A stretch of 64,000 nt of DNA from an uncultured Halobacteriales archaeon (GTDB lineage Archaea > Halobacteriota > Halobacteria > Halobacteriales > Haloarculaceae). The stretch's first letter is position 1. Each line of letters starts with the position of its first letter. The stretch lies in assembly GCA_964534485.1 (NCBI GenBank), contig CAZHPM010000001.1:8551-72550 (forward strand). The letters run 5' to 3'. Positions 37,672 to 47,550 of this stretch are shown here, one piece after another. The position numbers were made by a program, and so were the translations under genes. The notes below the pieces were generated by a model that had not been told where the DNA came from, did no database searches, and was given only the letters and a program-made list of their open reading frames with translations.

Positions 37672-38481
37672 GTGTCAACAGCAACTACACCAGCCGCCGA
37701 ACTGAGCCAGCAGACATCCGCGCGGGACACACGACTTCGACTGTGGAACGCGCTGATGGCTGTCCTGCACCTTTTGCAGGGAGTCGCGATGATTCTCGTG
37801 GCCGAACGGGTTCTGTGGCCGATCAACCGGACGAGATACGGGTTCGACGCCGAAACCGAGACCATCTTTCCGGAGACGGTGTCGTTTATCGATGCGAATC
37901 TCCCGCTGCTCGTGGCGGCCTTTCTGTTCATCTCGGCGTTTGCACACACCGCGATTGCGACCGTGTTGTACGACCGCTACGTCGGATATCTCGACAGGGG
38001 GCTGAATCCGTATCGCTGGTACGAGTACTCCGTGAGCGCCTCGCTGATGATTGTGGTCATCGCCATGTTGGCCGGAATCTGGGACCTCGGAACGCTCGCG
38101 GCACTGTTCGGCCTCGTCGCAGTGATGAACCTGAGCGGCCTCCTGATGGAACGACGCAACGAATCGACCGACGAAACGGACTGGACGCCGTACTGGGTCG
38201 GTGTCGTCGCCGGAATCATCCCCTGGATCGTCATCGCCATCACGTTCGTCGGCACGGTGGTGGCCAGCGGCGGCGAGTTCCCCGAGTTCGTCATCTACAT
38301 CTACATCTCGATTTTTGTGTTTTTCAACCTGTTTGCGCTGAACATGGCCCTGCAGTATCTGGAGGTCTCGCGGTGGAACAACTACCTCTTCGGCGAGAAG
38401 ATGTACGTCCTGTTGAGTCTCGTGGCCAAGTCCGTCCTCGCGTGGCAGGTCTACTTCGGGACGCTGAACTCCCCGATCTGA
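37672..38481 (+). CDS. Heliorhodopsin
   Basis: WN..MAVLHLLQ, NPYRWYEYSVSAS, FNLFALNM, EKMYVLLSLVAK (retinal-binding Lys), LAWQVY. Confidence 0.92.
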   Translation: MSTATTPAAELSQQTSARDTRLRLWNALMAVLHLLQGVAMILVAERVLWPINRTRYGFDAETETIFPETVSFIDANLPLLVAAFLFISAFAHTAIATVLYDRYVGYLDRGLNPYRWYEYSVSASLMIVVIAMLAGIWDLGTLAALFGLVAVMNLSGLLMERRNESTDETDWTPYWVGVVAGIIPWIVIAITFVGTVVASGGEFPEFVIYIYISIFVFFNLFALNMALQYLEVSRWNNYLFGEKMYVLLSLVAKSVLAWQVYFGTLNSPI

Positions 38482-38621
38482 GCGTCGAGACTTCTGGAAG
38501 TCGCGGGACGCCGTTCACTGCAACGGTGTACTGCACCCGAGGGTGAACGGTTTATCGGTCATCCGTCTCGAACGGAAACTCGTCTCGTGCGAGCGAACAC
38601 ACAGAAAGCGGCGACTCGGCG

Positions 38622-40298
38622 TTACAGGTCGCGGCCACTCGACTCGAGTGAGCCTTCGAGCATGTCCTCGACTTCGTTTTCGAGTTTGAACCGCTGGACC
38701 TTCTGTGTCGCGCCACGCGGGAGTTCGTCGACGAAGAAGACACGCCGCGGGTGGGCGTATGTGGCGACGTAATCCAGCGAGAACTTCCGAATCTCGTCCT
38801 CGGTCGGCTCTACTCCTTCCTCGGGAACGACGAACGCGACCGGTGCCTCACCCTTTACCTCGTGTGGCGCGGCGACGACCGCGGCCTCGGCGACGTCGGG
38901 GTGTTCGTAGAGAGCGTCCTCTATCTCCGCGGGGTAGATGTTGTTGCCGCCGGAGAGAATCATGTCGTCGGCGCGGTCGACGATCCAGAAGTAACTGTCC
39001 TCGTCGACACGGGCGATATCCTCGGTGTAGAACCAGCCGTCCTCGTCGAAAACCTCGTTGTTTTTCTCCGGGCGGTTGTGGTACCCCTCGAACACCGGAC
39101 TCCCCCGGATGGCGAGTTCGCCGGTCACCTGTGTCTCGTCGTCGAAGTCGATATCCTCGTCGGGTAGCGGTTCCAGTTCGTCGGTTCCGAGACGCGGTTC
39201 GCGGGTCTCGGGGTCGACGAGTCTGATTTCGACACCCGGCACCGACGGACCGACACAACCGGCCTCCTTCTGGACACCCGCAACTGGTTCGATGGTCCCC
39301 GCGGGCGAGGTTTCGGTCATCCCCCACCCTTCGATCATCACGACATCCCACTCCCGCTGGATGGTCTTCCGGACGTCCTCTGCCAGCGGTGCCGCCGCAC
39401 AGACGACGTACTCGAGCGAGGAGAGGTCGAAATCCTCGGGTCGGTCGCGGTAGACGCGGAACATCTGCGTGTACAGCGCGGGCACGCCCGCGAAAACGTC
39501 GGCGTTGTTGTTGTCGATGGCGTTCAGCAGGGCCTCCGGGTCGGGCCGGGGCTGGAGGTTGAGTTCCCCGCCACGCCCCAGGAACGTCGTCATCAGCGCG
39601 TTCAGTCCGTAGATGTGGAACAACGGCAACACGAGTACGAGTGTGAAATCCGAGTCCATCCCCAGACCGCTTTGCTCGTAGCTCTCGACGGCCGAGAGCA
39701 GATTCCGGTGTGAGAGTTTCACGCCTTTTGGCTTGCCGGTGGTGCCGCTGGTGTAGGGCTGTACGGCGATATCGTCGAACTCCCGGTCGACGGTGTCGAA
39801 CTCGCCTGCCCGCTCGGCAGTGATATGTGAGTAGTTGACGATTCCCGCCTCCTCGTCGCTCATCCCGGGAATGACGAGTGTGTCGACGCTCGTGGCGGCG
39901 GCAGCCACCTCCTGTGGCGAGGCGACTTCCTCCGCGTCGTCCGGGATGTACGCGGAACCGAGCATCAGGCTGATGTCGGCGTCGTCGAGCACGTACCCCA
40001 ACGTCTCCGTTCCCATCCGGAGATTCAGCGGAACCGCAATCGCACCCGTCTTGATGACACCGAAGTACGCCACAGGAAACATCGGCTCGTTTGGAATGTA
40101 CAGTCCGACCCGGTCGCCAGCCTCGATACCGAACTCATCGACGAGCGCGTTGGCGAGTTGATTCGCCTCCTGTTCGACCTCGGAGTAGGATTTCTCGGCC
40201 CCGAGAAAGTTGAACGCCGTCTTCTGTCTGTATCGGTCGGCCGCCATCGTGGGCAGGTCCCCCATGTGCTGGAGTCGTTCTCCGTGGTGGTACTCCAT
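38622..40298 (-). CDS. Long-chain acyl-CoA synthetase (AMP-binding family)
   Basis: YTSGTTGKPKG, LPLFHIYG, EGWGMTE, IVDR, HPDVAEAAV. Confidence 0.92.
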   Translation of the reverse strand: MEYHHGERLQHMGDLPTMAADRYRQKTAFNFLGAEKSYSEVEQEANQLANALVDEFGIEAGDRVGLYIPNEPMFPVAYFGVIKTGAIAVPLNLRMGTETLGYVLDDADISLMLGSAYIPDDAEEVASPQEVAAAATSVDTLVIPGMSDEEAGIVNYSHITAERAGEFDTVDREFDDIAVQPYTSGTTGKPKGVKLSHRNLLSAVESYEQSGLGMDSDFTLVLVLPLFHIYGLNALMTTFLGRGGELNLQPRPDPEALLNAIDNNNADVFAGVPALYTQMFRVYRDRPEDFDLSSLEYVVCAAAPLAEDVRKTIQREWDVVMIEGWGMTETSPAGTIEPVAGVQKEAGCVGPSVPGVEIRLVDPETREPRLGTDELEPLPDEDIDFDDETQVTGELAIRGSPVFEGYHNRPEKNNEVFDEDGWFYTEDIARVDEDSYFWIVDRADDMILSGGNNIYPAEIEDALYEHPDVAEAAVVAAPHEVKGEAPVAFVVPEEGVEPTEDEIRKFSLDYVATYAHPRRVFFVDELPRGATQKVQRFKLENEVEDMLEGSLESSGRDL

Positions 40299-40386
40299 GC
40301 GTAGACGGTGCCGGGCACGGGTGATAAATGTTGGTGGCCCGGTTTGGGGTCGGTTGTTCCGCCCTGACAGCGCGATGGCGACTCAG

Positions 40387-40680
40387 TCAGGCAACGTTGA
40401 ACCCCTTCTCCCGGAGGAAGTCCTCGACGCGCCCCCGGTGGTTCCCCTGCAACTCGATTTGGTCGTCGTCGGTCGTCCCCCCGCAGGCGAACTTCGATTT
40501 CAGGTCCGAGGAGAGACTGTCCATATCGACGTCGCTTGGGTCGAATCCTTCGATTATCGTTACCTCCTTGCCGTAACGGCGCTCGTCGATGCGGATCGTG
40601 ATTTCCTGGGAGTCCTTTGCGACGTCTTCACAGACGCAAAGCTCGTTGGGTAGCCCGCACGTCGAGCAGACTTCCGACAT
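40387..40680 (-). CDS. SUI1/aIF1 translation initiation factor family protein
   Basis: [35 protein letters not shown]. Confidence 0.93.
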   Translation of the reverse strand: MSEVCSTCGLPNELCVCEDVAKDSQEITIRIDERRYGKEVTIIEGFDPSDVDMDSLSSDLKSKFACGGTTDDDQIELQGNHRGRVEDFLREKGFNVA

Positions 40681-40869
40681 TACAGTTCGGTCGTACGAAA
40701 CGAACCCATTAAACACTGTCGACCGGCAGCGTGTTCGCGGCCAGTATCCGACTCTCTACGCCTCTCTCGCGGGCTGTCCCCCCGACCACCCCGTCGCGGG
40801 CTCTCGAGGCCTGCTGGCTCGGCGCCGGAGTAGTGAAAACCTATTACACGTCGCCAAGTGAGAATGGGT

Positions 40870-41640
40870 ATGGGGACGTACGTCGGACTCGACTGGGCGT
40901 CGAAGGGCTGGTTCGGTGTCGTGCTTGCGGACGACGGCAACTGGACGACAGACCTGTTTCCCTCTATCTGGAGCGTCTGGAAGGAGTACAGCGACGCCGA
41001 CCGTATCCTCGTCGACAGTCCAATCGGACTCCCGACCGACGGGAGACGTGCCTGTGATGTGCAGGCGAAAAACCGGCTCGACAGTCAACAGCGGAGTGTC
41101 TTCTACACGCCGACCCGGGCCGCCGTCTACGAGCAGAATCTCGACGACGCAAAGCAAATAAACGAGCGTGAGGCGGGGTTCAGCATCCAGAACCAGGCCT
41201 GGAGTGTCGTCTCGCGCATCCGCGAACTCGACGAGTTTCTCGACATGTACCCGGGAGCGCGTGACCGGGTTTCCGAGACCCACCCCGAGGTCTGTTTCTA
41301 CGCGCTCAACGGACGGACGCCCGTCACGGAGTCCAAACAGACAGCGAGTGGTCTCGAGAGACGCCGGGACCTTCTGACCGAGGAGTACGCCGACGCCAGG
41401 GCCATCTACGAGCAGTCGGTGAGCAGGTACACCGAACCCGACTACGCGCCGACGGTGAGTGGTGTCGACGATATCCTGGACGCCCTGGCCGCCGCGGTGA
41501 CGGCCCGGCGCGACGCCGACGGACTCTCGCGACTCCCAGAGCACAATCCGCCTGCCGACGAGCGCGGCCTCCCGATGCAGATTGTCTACCCCGACGACAC
41601 GACCCAGACCAGACTGACGTCGCTGGGGGCGCGCCACTGA
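40870..41640 (+). CDS. DUF429-family protein (predicted RNase H-fold nuclease)
   Basis: YVGLDW...GW, VDSPIGL, RRACD, SVF.TP, ETHPEVCF, DDILDA. Confidence 0.82.
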   Translation: MGTYVGLDWASKGWFGVVLADDGNWTTDLFPSIWSVWKEYSDADRILVDSPIGLPTDGRRACDVQAKNRLDSQQRSVFYTPTRAAVYEQNLDDAKQINEREAGFSIQNQAWSVVSRIRELDEFLDMYPGARDRVSETHPEVCFYALNGRTPVTESKQTASGLERRRDLLTEEYADARAIYEQSVSRYTEPDYAPTVSGVDDILDALAAAVTARRDADGLSRLPEHNPPADERGLPMQIVYPDDTTQTRLTSLGARH

Positions 41641-41729
41641 CTGGGCGGTGTGATAGATATCGTCACAGAACGCCCTACGAACTCCGTGCAGCAGCGGCCG
41701 AGATAGCGAGTTCCACAGCGACGTTCGCG

Positions 41730-41754
41730 GCGGTTGTGGCCGAACCACAACCGC
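41730..41754. repeat. Perfect 10-bp inverted repeat between convergent genes
   Basis: GCGGTTGTGG-CCGAA-CCACAACCGC. Confidence 0.6.
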
Positions 41755-41783
41755 GACGGACACGGGAAACTGGCCCGCGAGGC

Positions 41784-42383
41784 TCAGGGACAGTAGACAC
41801 CCCGGTCCTCGTCCGCCACCTCTGAGCAGTCGACAGTCAGTTCGTACCGGGCGACGTCGCTCGGTTCGCCGTCGTAGAACTGCGGGGTCGCGATCACCGA
41901 ACCCTGCTGACCAGCGGCCATCCCGGCCCCCAGGTTCCCTTTGTTGGCGGTGACAGTCCCCAGTTCGTTCCCGTCACCGTCGAACAGCGCGAGTGTGTAG
42001 CTGTAGTTCATCCCGTTGGTGCGCTGGTCACCGGTGTTCTCCAGGGTCACAGTCACGCTGAACACGTTCGAGACCTGCGATTCGAGCATCACCACCACGA
42101 GTTCCTCGACCGCGTTCGACGCGACTTCGCCGTCGACCGGCCCGCTGGTGGTGAGCGTCGGGTCCCCGCCGTTATCAGTTCCACCGTTGCCACCGTCGCT
42201 CTCACCATTTCCACCGTCGCTCTCGTTACCGTTGCTCTCGTTACCGTTGCTCTCGTTACCGTTGCTCTCGTTACCGTCGCTCTCGTTACCATCTCCACTG
42301 TCACCGGAACACCCGGCAACAGCGACGCTCCCGGCCGCAGTCAGAGCCACACCGCTTCGTCTGAGGAGTTGTCGTCGTCGCAT
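41784..42383 (-). CDS. Tat lipoprotein with an Ig-like (FxLYD-like) domain and GNESN/D repeats
   Basis: MRRRQLL...VAGC; LENTGD...LALFDGDGNEL; about five 15-bp repeats at 42214-42290. Confidence 0.75.
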   Translation of the reverse strand: MRRRQLLRRSGVALTAAGSVAVAGCSGDSGDGNESDGNESNGNESNGNESNGNESDGGNGESDGGNGGTDNGGDPTLTTSGPVDGEVASNAVEELVVVMLESQVSNVFSVTVTLENTGDQRTNGMNYSYTLALFDGDGNELGTVTANKGNLGAGMAAGQQGSVIATPQFYDGEPSDVARYELTVDCSEVADEDRGVYCP

Positions 42384-42703
42384 AGCGTCACACTCTCCCG
42401 AGGGTAGCATAAAACTGTGGGTCGCTCTAGTGTTGGCGCTCAGACGAGGGCCGGTCAGCAGTCGGTTTCTGCCGGCCAACCAGACCACGCCCTGACAGAG
42501 TGAAACGGCGAGCGTGCGTGGTGACTCTGTCGTCGTGCTGTGACCGGTGGAAAACCACGCGCTCGGCGAACCCGGACGACGTATGCCGCGAGGCGCTTCG
42601 CGCCGACGACAGCGAGTCCCGGGAGTCGAGAGCTGTCTGGTCTGTTGAGCGTTCGTCCGAACAGTACCGGTCGAGGCTGGCGTGAGAAGCGGTGTGGCTG
42701 GGC

Positions 42704-44341
42704 CTACATCATGCCGCCCATGCCGCCGCCCATCCCGCCAGCACCGCCGGGGGCACCCTCGTCGTCGGTGTCGCCAGCGGTGATGACGTCGTCGATTTTC
42801 AGGACGAGATTCGCGGCCTCGCCGGCCGAGACCAGTGCCTGTTGTTTCGCGTGGGGCGTCTCGACGACACCACTCTCGAAGGTGTCCTCGATTTCGCCGG
42901 AGTAGACGTTCAGACCGGCGCGCTCGTCGCCCTCGCTGTGGGCCGCGCGCAGGTCGACCAGCGTATCGATGGGGTCGAGTCCGGCGTTCTCGGCGAGTGC
43001 GCGGGGCACCGTCTCCAGCGCGTCGGCAAAGGCCTCGATAGCGAGCTGTTCGCGCCCGCTGACGCCGTCGGCGTACTCGCGCAGACGACTCGCGACCTCG
43101 ATCTCCGGTGCGCCGCCGCCGGGCAGTGCCTCGCCGGTGCTGATGGCGCTGCCCACGACGTCGAGTGCGTCCTCGACGCCGCGCTCGAGTTCGTCGACGA
43201 CGTGTTCGGTCGACCCGCGCAACAGCAGCGTCACGCCGTGGACCTCGTCACCGGTCCCCTCGACGTAGAACAACTCCTCGCTCTCGTCGCGGGTGACTGT
43301 CCCCTCGCCGAGGTACTCCTCGGTTGCGGTTTCGACATCAGAGACGATATCCGCCCCGAGCACCTCCCGGAGGAACTCCATGTCCGAGCGTTTCACCCGC
43401 CGCACCGCGAGCACTCCCTCCTTTGCGAGGTAGTGCTGGACCATGTCGTCGATACCTTTCTGACAGAAGACGACGTCGGCACCGACGTCGACAATCTGGT
43501 CGGTCAACTCGCGCAACTGGTCTTCTTCCTGCGAGATGAAATCCTGCAACTGGTTGGGGTCGGTGACACTGACCTGCGCGTCGGTCTCTGTCTCGTCCAG
43601 TTCCAGCGGCGCGTCGACCAGCAGCGCCTCTCCCTCCTCGATGTCTGTCGGCATCTCCTCGTGGACGGGGTCTTTGTCGATGGCTGCACCCTCGAGCAGT
43701 TCCGACTCGTCCGCACCGCGCCCGGTCTGTGTCTCGGTCTTGAGAAAGGCGAGGTCGACGACGTTCGTGCCGTCGTCGGCCTCGACGGTGACGGCCTGTG
43801 CGGCGTCGACGATCAACTCCGACAGCGTCTCTTTGTACTGCTCTGCGCCCTTTCCGGTCATCGCGGTCTGTGCAATCTGGCGCAGCGTCTCGTCGTCGTC
43901 GATCTCGACGGCGATGTCGCTGACTTCCTCGCGTGCCCGCGTCGCCGCGAGGTCGAACCCTTTTATAACGGCCGTTGGGTGGATGTCTTGGTCGAGGAGG
44001 TCCTCTGCGTTTTTCAGCAGGTTCCCCGCGACCGCGACCGCCGAGGTGGTGCCGTCACCGGCTTCTTCCTCCTGTGTGTCGGCTACCTCGACGATCATCT
44101 CTGCGGTGGGGTTGTCGATATCCATCTCGTCGAGAATCGTCACACCGTCGTTCGTGACGACCACGTCCCCCAGTGACGTGACGAGCATCTTGTCCATCCC
44201 CTTTGGTCCCAGCGTCGACCGGACCGCCTGTGCGACGGCACGCGCGGCCGCGATGTTGTGTTCCTGTGCGCTCTTGTCGCTCATCCGCTCCGCGTCGTCT
44301 CCCAGAATTATCATTGGCTGGCCCTGCATCTGCTGACTCAT
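42704..44341 (-). CDS. thsB: Thermosome (group II chaperonin) subunit, probably beta
   Basis: STLGPKGMDKM, TNDG, GDGTT, GGGAPE, GGMGGM tail; MSQQMQGQPMIILG start. Confidence 0.9.
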   Translation of the reverse strand: MSQQMQGQPMIILGDDAERMSDKSAQEHNIAAARAVAQAVRSTLGPKGMDKMLVTSLGDVVVTNDGVTILDEMDIDNPTAEMIVEVADTQEEEAGDGTTSAVAVAGNLLKNAEDLLDQDIHPTAVIKGFDLAATRAREEVSDIAVEIDDDETLRQIAQTAMTGKGAEQYKETLSELIVDAAQAVTVEADDGTNVVDLAFLKTETQTGRGADESELLEGAAIDKDPVHEEMPTDIEEGEALLVDAPLELDETETDAQVSVTDPNQLQDFISQEEDQLRELTDQIVDVGADVVFCQKGIDDMVQHYLAKEGVLAVRRVKRSDMEFLREVLGADIVSDVETATEEYLGEGTVTRDESEELFYVEGTGDEVHGVTLLLRGSTEHVVDELERGVEDALDVVGSAISTGEALPGGGAPEIEVASRLREYADGVSGREQLAIEAFADALETVPRALAENAGLDPIDTLVDLRAAHSEGDERAGLNVYSGEIEDTFESGVVETPHAKQQALVSAGEAANLVLKIDDVITAGDTDDEGAPGGAGGMGGGMGGMM

Positions 44342-44364
44342 AGTCACCGAAAGTTTGCATGTGG

Positions 44365-44387
44365 TTCTATATAAATGTGTGTGTTCG
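44365..44387 (-). promoter_or_regulatory. Thermosome promoter (TATA box with upstream CGAA)
   Basis: Minus strand CGAA-N8-TTTATATA-GAA, 27-34 nt upstream of the ATG. Confidence 0.6.
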
Positions 44388-44559
44388 CGTCCCGTCACGG
44401 CGGTCGGCGTGTGCCAGCAGGTACCGAAAACCACGGCAGGATAGTCAGCTACGCTGTCGTGGCGGTGGTGGTTTGCTGGCTCACCGACCGGCGAGGCTCT
44501 CGGTTATAAGCAGTCGGCGACGGAAAAGTGGTTTCAGGCGGACCGGCGTACGCAGTCGC

Positions 44560-44940
44560 GTGACAGGCGCGCGCGTCGTCCACAGGCCAGCGGGCGGGTC
44601 GGAACGGCGTCTACTCGCTACCGAGGTCGAGATTGCCGACTCGGTGCTCTCCCGTGCGCGAGGACTGATGTTCCGGAGGTCGGTTCCCGGGGAGTACGCG
44701 CTCGTGATGGAGGTCGGTGACGGCCTCCTCGGGGGGCCGTCGGTGCAGCCGGTCCACATGCTGTTCGTCCGATTCCCACTCGACGTGGTCTGGTTGGTCG
44801 GCGACGAGGTCCAGCGGGTCGCCAGACTCGACCCCTGGCGGAGTCTCGCGGCGGCGCGCGCAGACCGGATTCTCGAACTGCCGGCGGGCGCGGCCAGCGG
44901 CGTCGAACAGGGAGACACTGTCACCGTCGAGGACCGGTAG
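44560..44940 (+). CDS. DUF192-family protein
   Basis: VEIADS...RGLMFR, HMLFVRFPLD, ILELPAG. Confidence 0.85.
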   Translation: MTGARVVHRPAGGSERRLLATEVEIADSVLSRARGLMFRRSVPGEYALVMEVGDGLLGGPSVQPVHMLFVRFPLDVVWLVGDEVQRVARLDPWRSLAAARADRILELPAGAASGVEQGDTVTVEDR

Positions 44941-45039
44941 CCGGTCGGCGGGAGAACAGCCAGTTCCGGGCGGAGCGTGGCTCAAATGGCTCTTTGAGTG
45001 GTCAGTGGTTTATACTACGTACGGGTTGACAGTACGAGT

Positions 45040-47136
45040 ATGGCACAACAGAACGCCGGAGAACTGGTCGTCGTCGCGCTGATCGTCGGCGCGGCCATCG
45101 GTGTCGCGCTGGCAGTCGGTGCGCTCGGGGTGGACACGCCGGGCGCAGACAGCCCCGACGGCGACCAGTCGACGGAAACTGTCGGGCCGACAGTCGACCA
45201 GACGCCGACCGAACCCCCGGAAGAGACACCGAACGACTCCGACGGGCCGTTACTCGACGGTGAGGCGTCGATAGCGCAGTTTGGAAGCGCCGACGCGTTC
45301 CGGGACTACATCCGGGCCGGACAGCGCCGGGCCGACGCCGGTCTCCGAGTCGGTGTACCGAGACAGTGGGGTATCGCCACCACGGACGCCGCGTTCCGGG
45401 CAGAGAACGCGGCTGTCGACGGTGGCAGTGCCGGCGAGAGCACCACTACCGACACTCCCGTTCCGGACCGTATCGGCAACACGAACGTCCAGGTAGAGGG
45501 ACTGGACGAGCCAGACATCGTCAAGACCGACGGACGGAACTTCTACTACTCGCCGGAGCAAAACCGGTACGTCGTCGAACCGCTCCCGGGACCCCGGATG
45601 GGCGAACCGGGTCGAACGGTGACCGAGGACTTTGTTCCGCCACGGAAACAACAACAGCGGGAGACACACGTCGTCGACGCGAGTGACCCGGCCGACCCGA
45701 CGGTGCTTTCGAACATCGACGCGAACGGCGAGATGCTCCAGACCGGTGACCGACTGGTGGTCTTCGACGAAACCGGCGGCGAGATTGTCGGTTACGACGT
45801 GAGCGACCCGGAGAACCCGACCGAGGCCTGGACGCACACACTGAACAGCAGTCTCGTCACGGTGCGTGAAACCGGCGGACAGCTCTATCTCGTGACCCGG
45901 ACCGGCGTCGGGCCAAACACCGACTGCCCTATCGCGCCACTCGGCAGCGACGAGACGATTGCTTGCGGTGATATCTACGCGCCAGACAGCCAGACCGGTG
46001 CCACCACCGCGTACACGGCGTTCAGTATCGACGCGGAGTCGGGGGTCGTCGAGGACTCGGTGAGCATGGTGGGTACCGGCGCCAACACCGTCGTCTACAT
46101 GTCCGAGAACGGGTTGTACATCAGTTACACCACCGGTGTCACCGAGAGCGAACTCCGCACCTCGTGGGTCGAACACTCCACTGTGGTTCCGGACGGACTC
46201 GCCGACCGCATCGACGAAATCGACTCGTACGACATCTCTCAGCGGTCGAAGCGAACCGAGATGCGGCGCGCAGTCCGGGAGTGGTCCGACTCCGACGCCG
46301 GTAGCGAAACGACACTCCGGCAAGACTACCGGGCGTACCGCGCTTCCAACCAGGCGAATCTCACACAGACGACCGTCGTGAGCGTCGACATCGAGAACGA
46401 GAACCTGCTGGTCGGCGAGAGTGGCACCGTGCCCGGCGAACCGCTCAACCAGTTCGCGCTCGACGAGTACGAGGGTACGCTCCGTATCACCACTACCATC
46501 CCGCGCGTGGCCGGCCAGGACAGCGACAACCACCTCTACGTGCTCGACAGCGAGACGCTTGACCGCGAGAACCGGGTGACCGGGATGGGCCAGGACCAGC
46601 GGGTGTACTCGGTGCGCTACGTCGGTGACACCGCCTACGTGGTCACGTTCCGCCAGGTCGACCCCTTCTACGTTATCGAGTTCGAGGAACCGACCGAGCC
46701 AGAACTGCTCAGCGGACTCAAACTGCCGGGCTTCTCGTCGTATCTCCACCCGATCAACGACGACTACGTCCTCGGTATCGGCGAGGAGAACGGCAAGGTC
46801 AAGTCCGTGCTGTTCGACGTGACCGACCCGACCGACACGTCGGTCGCCGACGACATCGTCCTCGAGGAGTACACCTCGGCGGTCGACAGCTCACACCACG
46901 CGTTCACTATCGACCGCCGCCACGGGGTCTTCTTCCTCCCGGCGGGCAACAGCGCCAAGATTGTCGACTACACCGACGGCGAACTCGAAGTTCTAAAGGA
47001 GGTTTCGACCGACGAGCAGGTGACCCGCGCGCGCTACGTCGAGGACTCGCTGTACGTCTTCGCCGGCGACGAGGTCATCGTCCTCGACGAGACGAACTGG
47101 GAGCGGACGACGACGCTCTCGCTTGGCGACGGGTGA
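45040..47136 (+). CDS. Secreted/membrane-anchored beta-propeller domain protein
   Basis: N-terminal TM; TNVQVEGLDEPDIVKTDG, NQFALDE, TFRQVDP, LKLPGFSSYLHP. Confidence 0.88.
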   Translation: MAQQNAGELVVVALIVGAAIGVALAVGALGVDTPGADSPDGDQSTETVGPTVDQTPTEPPEETPNDSDGPLLDGEASIAQFGSADAFRDYIRAGQRRADAGLRVGVPRQWGIATTDAAFRAENAAVDGGSAGESTTTDTPVPDRIGNTNVQVEGLDEPDIVKTDGRNFYYSPEQNRYVVEPLPGPRMGEPGRTVTEDFVPPRKQQQRETHVVDASDPADPTVLSNIDANGEMLQTGDRLVVFDETGGEIVGYDVSDPENPTEAWTHTLNSSLVTVRETGGQLYLVTRTGVGPNTDCPIAPLGSDETIACGDIYAPDSQTGATTAYTAFSIDAESGVVEDSVSMVGTGANTVVYMSENGLYISYTTGVTESELRTSWVEHSTVVPDGLADRIDEIDSYDISQRSKRTEMRRAVREWSDSDAGSETTLRQDYRAYRASNQANLTQTTVVSVDIENENLLVGESGTVPGEPLNQFALDEYEGTLRITTTIPRVAGQDSDNHLYVLDSETLDRENRVTGMGQDQRVYSVRYVGDTAYVVTFRQVDPFYVIEFEEPTEPELLSGLKLPGFSSYLHPINDDYVLGIGEENGKVKSVLFDVTDPTDTSVADDIVLEEYTSAVDSSHHAFTIDRRHGVFFLPAGNSAKIVDYTDGELEVLKEVSTDEQVTRARYVEDSLYVFAGDEVIVLDETNWERTTTLSLGDG

Positions 47137-47177
47137 GCGGTCTGCTGCAGAGCCAAGCTACCGGAGAACCGCGTGTA

Positions 47178-47251
47178 CGGGCCGGGCGCGATTTGAACAC
47201 GCGACCGACGGATTAAGAGTCCGTCGCTCTGCCAGACTGAGCTACCGGCCC
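47178..47251 (-). tRNA. tRNA-Lys(CTT)
   Basis: GGGCCGGTAGCTCAG...ACGGA-CTCTTAA-TCCGT...TTCAAAT...CCGGCCC-G. Confidence 0.95.
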
Positions 47252-47377
47252 TCGAACAGTAGTTAGTGAACGGCGAGTAAGTACGTTATCCTTTGACCAC
47301 GCCGGCCGACCCCGTTCCGGGGTCGGGACAGCGCAGCCAGTTCCCGAAACCGGTATTATCCCGGGATTACCCCACTG

Positions 47378-47452
47378 ATGTCCAGAAAGACGAAAGTTGC
47401 CGTCGCGCTGGCGGCAGTGACCCTGGCGTACGTCGTCCTCGCCAGGGATTGA
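47378..47452 (+). CDS. Candidate 24-aa single-TM small protein
   Basis: MSRKTKVAVALAAVTLAYVVLARD; upstream CGAAAC and GTATTAT. Confidence 0.4.
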   Translation: MSRKTKVAVALAAVTLAYVVLARD

Positions 47453-47550
47453 CCACACCACGACAGACTGTATCGCCTGTAGATTGCTCTCCTCACGAAC
47501 CCGGGGTAGGTGTCGACCCCGCGACGGCGTGGCGACGCGGTCGTCCCCGC

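Noticed and set aside
42214..42290. 15-bp tandem repeats as a regulatory or mobile repeat
   Set aside because: They encode the low-complexity GNESN/D linker of a lipoprotein
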